A stretch of 35,975 nucleotides of DNA from Chthoniobacterales bacterium (GCA_017853515.1 JAFMJK010000002.1:1-35975); one strand, 5' to 3'; counted from the stretch's first letter, positions 7,037-16,070 are shown. Notes: generated by a model from the letters alone, not told the origin. Numbers and translations: made by a program.

Positions 7037-8377
7037 TCATCCGGCCCCGGCCAGAACCTCGCGGAAAAGGGCGTCCAATTGCCGGACATCCGATTCCTCC
7101 ACGACGCTTTCACGGCGGAGCCAGACAATTTCCATTTGTCCGGTATCGCCGGTGATTTCGCAAGCCAAGTCGAAGCGCGATGTCCCGCTGGAAAGGTTGC
7201 GGAATGCGGCGGAAATACCCGGAACCGTGATGTCCGGGAACGGGTGATTCTGCACGGCGAAGCGGATGTCGTAGACGGCGTGGCGGCGCCGCGCAGCGCC
7301 GGCCTCCTCCACGGCGCGAACCAGCTCCGCGAAAGGCATGGCCCGGGCGAAATCCTCGAGCGTTTCCTCGTGGACCAGCGGGGCGAGATCAGAGAGCCCG
7401 AGGGACGGATCGATGCGGCAGCGCAGCGGAACGACTTCGGAGAAATAACCGATCGTCTCGCGGACGGAGGGTTTGGCCCGTCCCGCCACGGGGGTTCCCA
7501 GCACCACGTCGCTCTTGCCCTTCCAGCGATGCAAGGCGAGGCGGAACGCGGCGGACAGAGCGGTGAAGGGCGTGGTCCCCGCCTTTCGCGCCAGCGTGCG
7601 CACGGATTCCGCCGTGGCCGCCGGGATCTGCGTCTCCCACCGCCGCAAAGGCTCGCCCGCGACGGGATGCGCGGCATCGAAAAAAAGTTCCGCGTCCCGC
7701 AACCGCGAACGCCATCGCTCCGCGCGGACGGCCAACTCCTTTTCGGTCCATTGCGCGCGCTCCGCCGCACCCCACTGGCTGTAGGTCATGGGCGGCGGCG
7801 ACAACGTTTCGCTCAAGCCCTGCAAACGCGTCATGTCTTTACCCGAACGGCGCCAAGCCGCGATGCAACCGGTCATGAAATCTTCGACAAATGTGGTCAG
7901 GGCCCATCCGTCGGCGACCGAGTGATGGATAACCATGCCGAGAAAGCAATGGTCGGGCCCATCGGGCACCATGATGAGACGATGGAGCGGTCCGGCCACC
8001 AGGTCGAAGGGCCGGGCGAAGAGCGGGGCCAGGGCCGCGACAGCCGCTTCCGCACCGGAAGCACCGGTCGGAAGCGCGATCTGTTCCAGCACGGGTTCCG
8101 CCGAGGCGCGGACCAGTTGCACGGGGCGCGTCTTGCCCGGCAGGATCGTGGTGCGCAGCGCCTCCTGGCGGGCGAGAACCATGCCCAGCGCTTCGCGGCA
8201 AAGTTCCGGCGTGAGCGGACCGCGGATGTCGAGCAGCGCGCAGATATTGTTCGAGGGATCCCCCGGCGGGACGGGCGCGGTTTCCCACAGCTCGCGCTGC
8301 GGAAAAGTGAGGGGCACCAGCCGCGCCTGGCCGCTGGCCAGCAACTCCTCCAAACGGGCGCGCGCGTTGCCTGCCAT
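7037..8377 (-). CDS. Free-standing NRPS-type condensation (C) domain protein
   Basis: HHSVADG (HHxxxDG catalytic motif) lies at 7907-7927. The N-terminal C1-like block is LVPLTFPQRELWE. Length is 446 aa with no A or T domain. The ATG at 8377 is 4 nt downstream of the PKS stop. Confidence 0.8.
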   Translation of the reverse strand: MAGNARARLEELLASGQARLVPLTFPQRELWETAPVPPGDPSNNICALLDIRGPLTPELCREALGMVLARQEALRTTILPGKTRPVQLVRASAEPVLEQIALPTGASGAEAAVAALAPLFARPFDLVAGPLHRLIMVPDGPDHCFLGMVIHHSVADGWALTTFVEDFMTGCIAAWRRSGKDMTRLQGLSETLSPPPMTYSQWGAAERAQWTEKELAVRAERWRSRLRDAELFFDAAHPVAGEPLRRWETQIPAATAESVRTLARKAGTTPFTALSAAFRLALHRWKGKSDVVLGTPVAGRAKPSVRETIGYFSEVVPLRCRIDPSLGLSDLAPLVHEETLEDFARAMPFAELVRAVEEAGAARRRHAVYDIRFAVQNHPFPDITVPGISAAFRNLSSGTSRFDLACEITGDTGQMEIVWLRRESVVEESDVRQLDALFREVLAGAG

Positions 8378-8381
8378 CCGC

Positions 8382-11300
8382 CTAGCCGGCCGCCGCGCCG
8401 TTGCGGGCGCCGGCGGTTTTTTCCGCCCCACCCGCGACGAGTCGATCGAGTTCCTCGTCCGCGATCTCTGCGAAGTCGATTTCGTCCGCGGAAACCGCTT
8501 CAACTTCCGCGGCAACCCGGGCGACGGGTGCGGGAACCGCGGCACCACCGCCGAGGTGGCCGGTGAGCAGCGCGGCTATCTGCCCGATGGTGCGCGCGCG
8601 CATCAAACTGGTCGGCGGAAGAGTGACACCGATCGAGCTCTCGATCAGGTTTTCGATCTCCACGCCCATGAGCGAATCGAGACCGAGGTCGGTCAGCGGT
8701 TGGTCGGGGCGCAGCGACTCGGGCTTGACGCGCAGGACGGAGCCGATGATTTCCTGCAACGCCTGCACCACGACAGCCTCACGATCGTCCGGGGCGGCAG
8801 CTTCGATGCGAGCGCGCCAGTCGGCCGTTTTTCCGGCGGCCTCTTCCATTTCCACGCCTGCGGCGAAGATGCGCTCGAGCAGAGGGTTTTCCTGCAACCC
8901 GCGGAACGACTGGCGCCACTTGGCCCAGTCGACGCGCAGCGCGGCCATCTGCGTGGCCGATGAGTCGAGAAAGGTTTCCAGCAGCGATGTGACCTCGTCG
9001 GGCGAGAGCGCTTCGGTGCCTTGGCGCGAGAGATACTCGGCCACTTTTTCGTTGCGGGCGACGTAGCCTTCGCCGCCGAGCACGCCCCAGTTGACCGCGA
9101 GTGCGGGAAGCCCGAGAGCACGCCGGTGGTGGGCCAGCGCATCGAGGAAAGCGTTGGCCGCCGCGTAATTCCCCTGCCCCGGGTTGCCGAAAATGCTCGA
9201 GGCGGACGAGAACATGACGAATGCGTCGAGCGGCAAAGACTTGGTCTGTTCGTGCAGCAACCAACCGCCGGTCGCCTTGGGTTCGAGCACCGCGCGGAAG
9301 CGTTCGGGGGTCAGCGAAGCGAGGAGCGCGTCGTCGATGACCATGGCAAGATGGAAGACACCTTTGAGCGGCCGGCCCGCGCCGCGGATCTGCGCGAAAA
9401 GTTTTTCCACGTCGACGGGTGAACCGATGTCGGCGGCCACCGCATCAACCTTCGCCCCGGCCGCCGCCATTTCCTCGATGAACTCCCGCGCGCCCGGTGC
9501 CGCGGCGCCCCGGCGGCCGGTGAGGAACAAATGGCGCGCACCGCGGTCGGCCAGCCAACGCGCGATAACTTTCCCGAAACCGCCGAAACCGCCGGTCACG
9601 AGATAGACCGCCTCGGGATCGACGGCGAATGGTGTGCGCAAGGGCTCGCCTTCGGCGGGAACAAACGGGACGGCCATGTTGAGGAGAACTTTGCCGGTGT
9701 GCTTGCCCGCCGCCATGAGGCGGAACGCCGCGTCCGCGCGGTTGGCCGGGAAGGAACGGTAAGGAAGCGGACCGAGCTCATCCTTGGCCAGAAGCTCCGC
9801 GATTTCGCCGAGCAATTCGCGGGTGAGATTCTCATCGCCGGCGAACACCGCGTCCATGGCCACGACATGGAACGAGGCATTCTTGCGAAGATGCCACATG
9901 GGCAATTTGGAATTCTGGTAGATGTCGCGCTTGCCGATCTCGATGAACCGTCCGAACTCGGCAAGGCAGGACAGCCCCATGGGGATGGCTTCCGCGGCCA
10001 ACGCGTTGATCACCACATCGACGCCGCGGCGCCCGGTCAACTCCATGACGCGCTCGGCAAAATCGCCGCGGCGCGAGTCGATGACATGCTTCACCCCGAG
10101 AGCGGAAAGGAAAGAGCGTTTCGCCGGGCTACCAGCCGAGGCGACGACCTCCGCGCCGAGATGACGCGCGATCTGGATGGCAGCCATGCCGACGCCGCCC
10201 GCGCCCGCATGGACGAGCACGGTTTCGCCCGCGCGCAGCCGCGCCACGTTTTTCAGCGCATGCCACGCGGTCATGAAAACCACGGGCATGGTGGCCGCTT
10301 CCTCGAAGGTGATTCCGGGAGGCAGAGGCAAAACATCCGCACCGCGCGCGAGCGTGTGGGTGGCCAATCCGAAAACGGCCAGACCGAAAACACGGTCGCC
10401 GGGTTTGACGTGGGTCACGCCTTGGCCGACCGCCACCACCTCGCCGCCCACCTCGTCGCCATACATGCGTGCGTCGGCCGTTTCCGCGGGATAAAGGCCG
10501 AGCGCCTTGAGCACGTCGCGGAAATTGAGGCCCGCGGCATGCACGCGAATGAGCACTTCACCGGGCCCGCAGGCGGGCATGGCGAAGGGGACGAAACGCA
10601 GGCTGTCGATGATACCGCGCTCGCGCGACTCGAGACGGAGCGGGAGGACCGGATCGAAAAGTTTGCGCGGATTTTCCAGACCGCGGGAAATGCGTTGGAC
10701 GTGGCGCGCCTCGCCGCGCAGCGCGACCTCGCGCTCGACATCGGCGCGCAGCAACTCGCGCCAGAGCAAGTCGTCGACATCGGCGGCGGGACCCGAAGGA
10801 AGATCGATGCAGCGGAAAGAAAGATTCGGGTGCTCGCTGAGGAGGACGCGGAACAATCCCGCACACGCGCCCTGCACCGGATCGGGCGGAGCGGCTTCGC
10901 GACCGACCGCATGGGCACCCCGCGTAACGACGTCGATCCGCGGACGCGCGCCGGGAGGCAAAGCGTCGAGAGCATGGGAGAGCCGCAGCATTTCAGACGT
11001 GGCATCGTTCAGCGCGCCGGCACCGGCGTGATCGCAAGACCAGAGAAAAACGATGCGCTCCGGTGGGCTGTCGGCAAAATGCGCGGCGGAGAGCCTCGCC
11101 CAGTCTTCGGTTCCGGTGGAAGAAAGCGCGATTTTTTCCTCCGTGGCGCGGTAGGAATCACCGCGCGTTACCAAGCGGCATTGCGCGCCGGACGAACGGA
11201 GGCGGGCGGCCAGTTTTTGTCCCGAACCCGCATCGTCGGCGAACACCATCCAGGAGTTCCCGGCCAAAACCACCGGCTCTTCCGCAGCCGGAGCCTGCGG

Positions 11301-14300
11301 GGCAAAGGATTTGCGCGCGAGCACACCCATCTGGCCCTCCTCCCCGTTGGCCCTGCGCATGCCGGACAGACCCGCTGTCTCGGCGAATCCTGTCTCGCGC
11401 AGCAATTCCTCCCAACGCGCGCGCGGCAAGAGAGGACCGTCGGCACGCAGGTCATGATCGGTGAAGTTCCACCATCCGCTCGTCACGCCAAAAACCGACT
11501 CGGTCCACAGGCGCGGCGAAGCCACATCCATGAAGGCAAGCGTTCCGCCCGGCGCAAGCAACCGGTGCAATTGGCCGAGGCAGGCGCGCAGATCGGCGGC
11601 GGCGTGAAGGACATTCGTGCCGATGATGAAATCGAAAGTCTCCGCGAAATATCCCTGCGCCTCGGCGTCGCGATCGAGATCGAAGACGCGGTATTCGACC
11701 TCGGGATGCGCCGCCAGCTTTTGCTGGGCCGGCGGGAAAAACGCGGTCGACGCATCGGTGAAAACATAGCAGTGCGTCCCCCTCTCGAGGATCGGCAGGA
11801 CGTGCGCGGCAAGTCCGCCGGTGCCCGCGCCAACCTCGAGGATGCGCAGAGGCCGGCCCTCCGGCAGCGCTGCTGCCGCTTTCTGCACGGCTGCGGCGAT
11901 CGCCGCCATCCAATGGCCCGAAAAAAGCCCGTCTCCGTAAAATTGCTCGAGCCAATCGGTGCCCGCACCGGCAAAAAGAACCTGCACCGCGTCTTTTTCC
12001 CCGCGCAAAATCGCGGGCAACTCGGCGCAGTTCGCCGCGCAGAGGTTCGCCTCCTGCGTGTGGCCCGGATAGCGCCCGATAAATTCGCGCAATCGCGACG
12101 GCGCCGAATCGGCGAGGAGAGCGAAGGCATCGCCGGGGCGCCACGTACCATCGGCAGCTTGGAGCGCGCCCCGCGCGGCCAATGCCGCGGTGAATCTTCC
12201 GAAAATCGGCCGCATGGCCGGAGCCACGCCCAGCGAATCCGCGCTGAAAACTTCGCCCGGCCGCACGCCCATGGCACGCAGCCCGGCGGCAATCTGCGCG
12301 GCGGCCAGGTCATCCTCCTCGCCAATCACCTTTTCAAGGCGGTCTTGTCCGCGCAGGCCGAGCACTGCGTTGAGCGCGCCGGTTGCCGCACCGTGCAACT
12401 CTCCCAAAGACACGGGCGGCAGCGCGACGGCAGCCTGTCCCGAAGACTGCCTTTCCCAATCGACATGATAGACGAGATCGCGACCCTCGCCGGTGGATGA
12501 TCCCGTGCGCCGGGCGGAACCGAGCGCCACGGCGCGGAATCCGTCGACCAGCACGCAGGGCCGACCTTCGGAATCGAAGATCTCGATGCGTCCTTCGGTG
12601 ATTTCCTCGTTGCAGTGAAGCACCGCGGCGCGCGTGCGCACTGCGGCGCCGGGGGGACGTAGAAAAAGTATCCGGGCGAATCGGACGGGAAGTTTCAGCT
12701 TCACACCCCGCTCCTCCATGTTGCGCGCGGCCGCGGAAAAAACATGGAGCGCCCCGTCGAGGATCACGGGGTGCAGCGCGTAATCACCGACGCGCTTGGC
12801 CGCTTTCTCCGAGAGCGAAACCTCACCGGCCGAGCGTCCGGCGCGCGCGAAAAGACGACGCGCCGCGCGAAACTCGGGACCGTAGGGCAGACCCCGCGCG
12901 CGCTTGTGCTCGTAGTTCTCCCCGACATCGACTTCATCCAATTCCGCGAAGGGATCGGGCCAACGCGATGACTCGAATTCCGACTCGACGCGCTCCGCAC
13001 GCAACGATCCGACGGCATGGAGGGACCACGCCGCGGAATTTTCCGGGCGGCTTTGGATGGTCAAAGAGCGTTCCTGGGGATCGTAGGAAAGTTCGAGCGC
13101 GGGCGATTCGGAGTTTTCGGAGATGATGAGGGGCTTGCGGATTTCGAAATCCTCGAGCACGAACGGGCGCCCCTCGAAAAGCTGCGTGCCCGCTTCGAGG
13201 GCCATCTCGATGAAACCGGCGGCGGGAAAAACGATGCGGTTGTCCACGCGGTGATCGCGCAGGTAAGCGAGATGGCGTTCATCCAACCGCGTGACCCACG
13301 TGGGAATGGCGCGCGGCAACCGCGATTCGAGCAACCCCTTGCCGCCTGGCGTCAGGCGGCTTTCCCGCATCTCGGGCGATTCGTGCCACCAACGGCTTTT
13401 GTTCCAAGGATAGGCCGGCAGCGCGAGCATGCGCCGTGACGGCGTCATCGCGGAGAAGTCGATCGCCACACCGAGACGGTGGAGTTCGAGCGCGGCCTCG
13501 ATGAGCGACTCCTGCTCGCGTTCGCGCCGGGCGGAAGCGACCGACGGCGCTTTGACCCCGAGGGCACCGAGGCATTCCTGCAGCGAGACGACCAAGGCGG
13601 GATGCGCACCGATCTCCAGCCAGATATCGACGCCGTGTTCTGTCATGGCCGCCACCGAATCGGCGAAGCGGACCGGTTGGCGGATGCCGCGGGCCCAGTA
13701 ACCCGCGGTGCATTGCGCACCATCGAAACGCGCGCCGGTCACCGTGCTGAAAAAGGGCAATGTCTCCCCGCGCGGACGCACATCGGCCAGCACGCGTTCC
13801 ATGGCATCGGCGGCGGGCTGCATCATGGCATGGTGGAAAGGATGATTGACGCGGACGAAGCGCGCGAAAACGCCGGCTGCCTCGAGTTCCGTCGCCATCG
13901 GTTCGAGTGAGGCGGGTTTTCCCGACAGCGTGAGAGAACGCGGGCCGTTGAAGGCGGAAATGGTCACACCGTCGCCGTGGCGATCGATGAGTTGCTGGGC
14001 TTCGTCCTGCGACAGGCCGACGGCCAGCATGCGTCCCTCCCCGCGGGCGCAATCCTGCATTTCGCGCGCGCGGATGACGACGACCTTGGCCGCTTCCTCC
14101 AAAGTGAGGATTCCCGCGGCCCAAGCGGCGGCGATTTCGCCCACGCTGTGACCGGTGACGGCGCACGGCTCGACACCCCATGACCGCCACAGGCGGGTCA
14201 GGCCGACCTGCATGGCGAAGATGGCGGGTTGTCCGATCTTGGTATGGTGCAGCTGCGAGTCCTCTTCCCCGCGGGAAAGCTCCTCGAGCAGGGAGAAGTC

Positions 14301-16070
14301 GGCGTGCGGCGCCATGGCCGCCGCGCATTCCTCGATCGCTTCGCGGAAAACCGGTTCGGCGCGCATCAGTTCGCGTCCCATACCCCACCACTGCGGACCC
14401 TGCCCGCTCATGATGAACCCGATGCGCGGGGGTTTTTCCGGCCGCGGCGTGAAAGAAACGCGCGAGGCGGCGCCGGTTTCGCCCGAGGCGTGAGAGCGCA
14501 ATTCGGCAATGACGGCATCCGTGTCGCGCGCGACCGCAGTCAGGCGGTAGGGATGATGGTTGCGCCGCGCGCCGAGCGTGTAGACGAGATCGGGAACGAG
14601 GGGGGAAGTTCCGTTGCCGTGCGCGTGCGCCTCGAGCCAATCGGCCAAGCGTGCGGCGGCGGCGCGCAATGATTCCTCGGAGCGCGCGGACAACACCACC
14701 GGCCATGCGCGGTCCGCCCCTGCAGCCACCTTCTCCGCGGCACGGGCGGGAGCAGACGAAAGGATGACATGGGCGTTGGCGCCGCCGAAACCGAAGGAGT
14801 TCACGCCGGCCAACCGCGGCTTGTCGCCGTCGGCGGGGAACGGCTCCGTCACGACCGGAACGCGCAGTTTGCGCTCGGCGAAATCGATGTGCGGGCTCGG
14901 TTCGCTGAAATGGATGCTCGGCGGGATCTGTCCGCGGGAAACAACCAGCGCGGCTTTGACGATGCCGGCGATGCCGGCCGCGGTTTCGAGGTGACCGAGG
15001 TTGGTCTTCACCGATCCGATGGGAAGCGGGGCATCGGACGGACGCTCTTCGCACAGCGCGCGCGACAGAGCATGGGCTTCGATCGGATCACCCACCGCGG
15101 TGCCGGTGCCGTGCGCCTCGACATAACCGATCTCGGAGGGATCGACGCCGGCGTCGGCGCACGCATCGCGCACGAGACGGGTTTGCGCCTCTTCGCCGGG
15201 GAGCATGATGCCATTGGTGTGGCCGTCTTGGTTGGCCGAAGTGCCGCGAATGACGGCGTAAACATGATCGCCATCGGCCAGCGCGCGGGCGAGCGGCTTG
15301 AGCAAAACCATTCCGGCCCCCTCGCCGCGCACAAAACCATTGGCTGCGGCGTCGAAGGCACGGCAACGTCCGTCGGGCGAGAGCATCGAGGCCTGGGAAA
15401 ACCCGATGAATCCGTCCGGCGCGATCATCACGGTGACGCCGCCGGCCAGCGCGGCGTCGCAACGTCCGGAACGCAGCTGTTCCACGGCCACGTGCACTGC
15501 GGTAAGCGCGGACGAACACGCCGTATCCATGGCGATGCTCGGGCCGGTCAGGTTGAAGCAGTAGGAAATGCGGTTGGCCGCGATGCTGTGGGCGTTGCCG
15601 GTCGGCGAATGCGCGCTGATGCCGTGGCGGTCGCCCGAGCCGCCTTGGATACCCTGGTAGTCGGTGTGCGAAATACCGGCGTAAACGCCGATGTTCGTGC
15701 CGCGCTCGAGATCCAGAATGATGCCGCCGTCCTCCATCGCTTCCCACGCCGTCTCGAGGAGCAGGCGCTGCTGCGGATCGATGTAAGGCGCCTCGCGCGG
15801 CGAGATGCCGAAAAATTGCGGATCGAACTGGTCGATCCCGTCGATGAACCCTCCCCACTTGGCAACGCTCTTGCCGGGGATGCCGGGCTCGGGATCATAA
15901 TAGCGATCGATCTTCCATCGGTCGGGCGGGATCTCGACCACCGCGTCTTTTCCCTCCAGGAGAAATTTCCAGAAGGTCTCGACGTCATTGAGGCCTCCGG
16001 GAAATCGTATGCCCATGCCGACGATGGCAATGTCGTCTCTGTGTTGCTGCGCGGGGTCGGTCTTCCTCAT
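8382..16070 (-). CDS. Type I polyketide synthase, single fully reducing module with C-methyltransferase: KS-AT-DH-CMeT-ER-KR-ACP, no TE
   Basis: A 2562-aa ORF with all hallmark motifs in order (see domain features). No thioesterase, reductase or loading domain is present. KS begins at residue ~12. Confidence 0.95.
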   Translation of the reverse strand: MRKTDPAQQHRDDIAIVGMGIRFPGGLNDVETFWKFLLEGKDAVVEIPPDRWKIDRYYDPEPGIPGKSVAKWGGFIDGIDQFDPQFFGISPREAPYIDPQQRLLLETAWEAMEDGGIILDLERGTNIGVYAGISHTDYQGIQGGSGDRHGISAHSPTGNAHSIAANRISYCFNLTGPSIAMDTACSSALTAVHVAVEQLRSGRCDAALAGGVTVMIAPDGFIGFSQASMLSPDGRCRAFDAAANGFVRGEGAGMVLLKPLARALADGDHVYAVIRGTSANQDGHTNGIMLPGEEAQTRLVRDACADAGVDPSEIGYVEAHGTGTAVGDPIEAHALSRALCEERPSDAPLPIGSVKTNLGHLETAAGIAGIVKAALVVSRGQIPPSIHFSEPSPHIDFAERKLRVPVVTEPFPADGDKPRLAGVNSFGFGGANAHVILSSAPARAAEKVAAGADRAWPVVLSARSEESLRAAAARLADWLEAHAHGNGTSPLVPDLVYTLGARRNHHPYRLTAVARDTDAVIAELRSHASGETGAASRVSFTPRPEKPPRIGFIMSGQGPQWWGMGRELMRAEPVFREAIEECAAAMAPHADFSLLEELSRGEEDSQLHHTKIGQPAIFAMQVGLTRLWRSWGVEPCAVTGHSVGEIAAAWAAGILTLEEAAKVVVIRAREMQDCARGEGRMLAVGLSQDEAQQLIDRHGDGVTISAFNGPRSLTLSGKPASLEPMATELEAAGVFARFVRVNHPFHHAMMQPAADAMERVLADVRPRGETLPFFSTVTGARFDGAQCTAGYWARGIRQPVRFADSVAAMTEHGVDIWLEIGAHPALVVSLQECLGALGVKAPSVASARREREQESLIEAALELHRLGVAIDFSAMTPSRRMLALPAYPWNKSRWWHESPEMRESRLTPGGKGLLESRLPRAIPTWVTRLDERHLAYLRDHRVDNRIVFPAAGFIEMALEAGTQLFEGRPFVLEDFEIRKPLIISENSESPALELSYDPQERSLTIQSRPENSAAWSLHAVGSLRAERVESEFESSRWPDPFAELDEVDVGENYEHKRARGLPYGPEFRAARRLFARAGRSAGEVSLSEKAAKRVGDYALHPVILDGALHVFSAAARNMEERGVKLKLPVRFARILFLRPPGAAVRTRAAVLHCNEEITEGRIEIFDSEGRPCVLVDGFRAVALGSARRTGSSTGEGRDLVYHVDWERQSSGQAAVALPPVSLGELHGAATGALNAVLGLRGQDRLEKVIGEEDDLAAAQIAAGLRAMGVRPGEVFSADSLGVAPAMRPIFGRFTAALAARGALQAADGTWRPGDAFALLADSAPSRLREFIGRYPGHTQEANLCAANCAELPAILRGEKDAVQVLFAGAGTDWLEQFYGDGLFSGHWMAAIAAAVQKAAAALPEGRPLRILEVGAGTGGLAAHVLPILERGTHCYVFTDASTAFFPPAQQKLAAHPEVEYRVFDLDRDAEAQGYFAETFDFIIGTNVLHAAADLRACLGQLHRLLAPGGTLAFMDVASPRLWTESVFGVTSGWWNFTDHDLRADGPLLPRARWEELLRETGFAETAGLSGMRRANGEEGQMGVLARKSFAPQAPAAEEPVVLAGNSWMVFADDAGSGQKLAARLRSSGAQCRLVTRGDSYRATEEKIALSSTGTEDWARLSAAHFADSPPERIVFLWSCDHAGAGALNDATSEMLRLSHALDALPPGARPRIDVVTRGAHAVGREAAPPDPVQGACAGLFRVLLSEHPNLSFRCIDLPSGPAADVDDLLWRELLRADVEREVALRGEARHVQRISRGLENPRKLFDPVLPLRLESRERGIIDSLRFVPFAMPACGPGEVLIRVHAAGLNFRDVLKALGLYPAETADARMYGDEVGGEVVAVGQGVTHVKPGDRVFGLAVFGLATHTLARGADVLPLPPGITFEEAATMPVVFMTAWHALKNVARLRAGETVLVHAGAGGVGMAAIQIARHLGAEVVASAGSPAKRSFLSALGVKHVIDSRRGDFAERVMELTGRRGVDVVINALAAEAIPMGLSCLAEFGRFIEIGKRDIYQNSKLPMWHLRKNASFHVVAMDAVFAGDENLTRELLGEIAELLAKDELGPLPYRSFPANRADAAFRLMAAGKHTGKVLLNMAVPFVPAEGEPLRTPFAVDPEAVYLVTGGFGGFGKVIARWLADRGARHLFLTGRRGAAAPGAREFIEEMAAAGAKVDAVAADIGSPVDVEKLFAQIRGAGRPLKGVFHLAMVIDDALLASLTPERFRAVLEPKATGGWLLHEQTKSLPLDAFVMFSSASSIFGNPGQGNYAAANAFLDALAHHRRALGLPALAVNWGVLGGEGYVARNEKVAEYLSRQGTEALSPDEVTSLLETFLDSSATQMAALRVDWAKWRQSFRGLQENPLLERIFAAGVEMEEAAGKTADWRARIEAAAPDDREAVVVQALQEIIGSVLRVKPESLRPDQPLTDLGLDSLMGVEIENLIESSIGVTLPPTSLMRARTIGQIAALLTGHLGGGAAVPAPVARVAAEVEAVSADEIDFAEIADEELDRLVAGGAEKTAGARNGAAAG
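8556..8783 (-). other. PKS acyl carrier protein (ACP) domain (approximate bounds)
   Basis: LGLDSLMGVE, with the phosphopantetheine Ser2466 codon at 8673-8675. Confidence 0.9.
9066..9614 (-). other. PKS ketoreductase (KR) catalytic subdomain (approximate bounds)
   Basis: YLVTGGFGGFG Rossmann motif (9573-9596). VIDD sits at the LDD-motif position. The catalytic Tyr lies in GNYAAANAFLD. Confidence 0.85.
9666..10643 (-). other. PKS enoylreductase (ER, MDR family) domain (approximate bounds)
   Basis: GEVLIRVHAAGLNFRDVL is present. The NADPH-binding motif LVHAGAGGVGMAAIQ lies at 10188-10211. Confidence 0.85.
11391..12083 (-). other. PKS-embedded SAM-dependent C-methyltransferase domain (approximate bounds)
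   Basis: Motif I ILEVGAGTGG lies at 11814-11843. Downstream blocks FDFIIGTNVLHA and LLAPGGTLAF are present. The domain is placed between DH and ER, as in highly reducing PKSs. Confidence 0.8.
12516..13358 (-). other. PKS dehydratase (DH) domain (approximate bounds)
   Basis: LRDHRVDNRIVFPAAG is an HxxxGxxxxP motif with N in the G position. A downstream HPVILDGALH block is also present. Confidence 0.7.
13521..14426 (-). other. PKS acyltransferase (AT) domain (approximate bounds)
   Basis: GHSVGE with the Ser642 codon at 14145-14147. The HPFH motif (13833-13844) occupies the HAFH/YASH specificity position and is closer to the malonyl-type HAFH. Confidence 0.85.
14757..16037 (-). other. PKS ketosynthase (KS) domain (approximate bounds)
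   Basis: DIAIVGMGIRFPGG. DTACSS with the active-site Cys185 codon at 15516-15518. EAHGTGT. NLGHLETAAG. Confidence 0.9.

Noticed and set aside
7009-7770. N-terminal extension of the 575-aa ORF that ends as the desaturase
   Set aside because: It overlaps the condensation-domain gene in another frame and is Arg/Ser/Pro-rich. The desaturase family fits the 321-aa product starting at 7008.
9531-12500. 989-aa plus-strand ORF, together with 14769-16094 (441 aa) and 8401-9066, inside the PKS region
   Set aside because: These ORFs are antisense to a PKS frame that carries every catalytic motif in order. Their translations are Arg/Gly-rich with no domain signatures.
3461-16070. PKS operon as a recently acquired mobile genomic island
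   Set aside because: No integrase, transposase, tRNA gene, or flanking direct repeats are visible at either boundary. The flanks are ordinary housekeeping genes. I cannot compute compositional deviation by eye, so horizontal origin is neither supported nor excluded.
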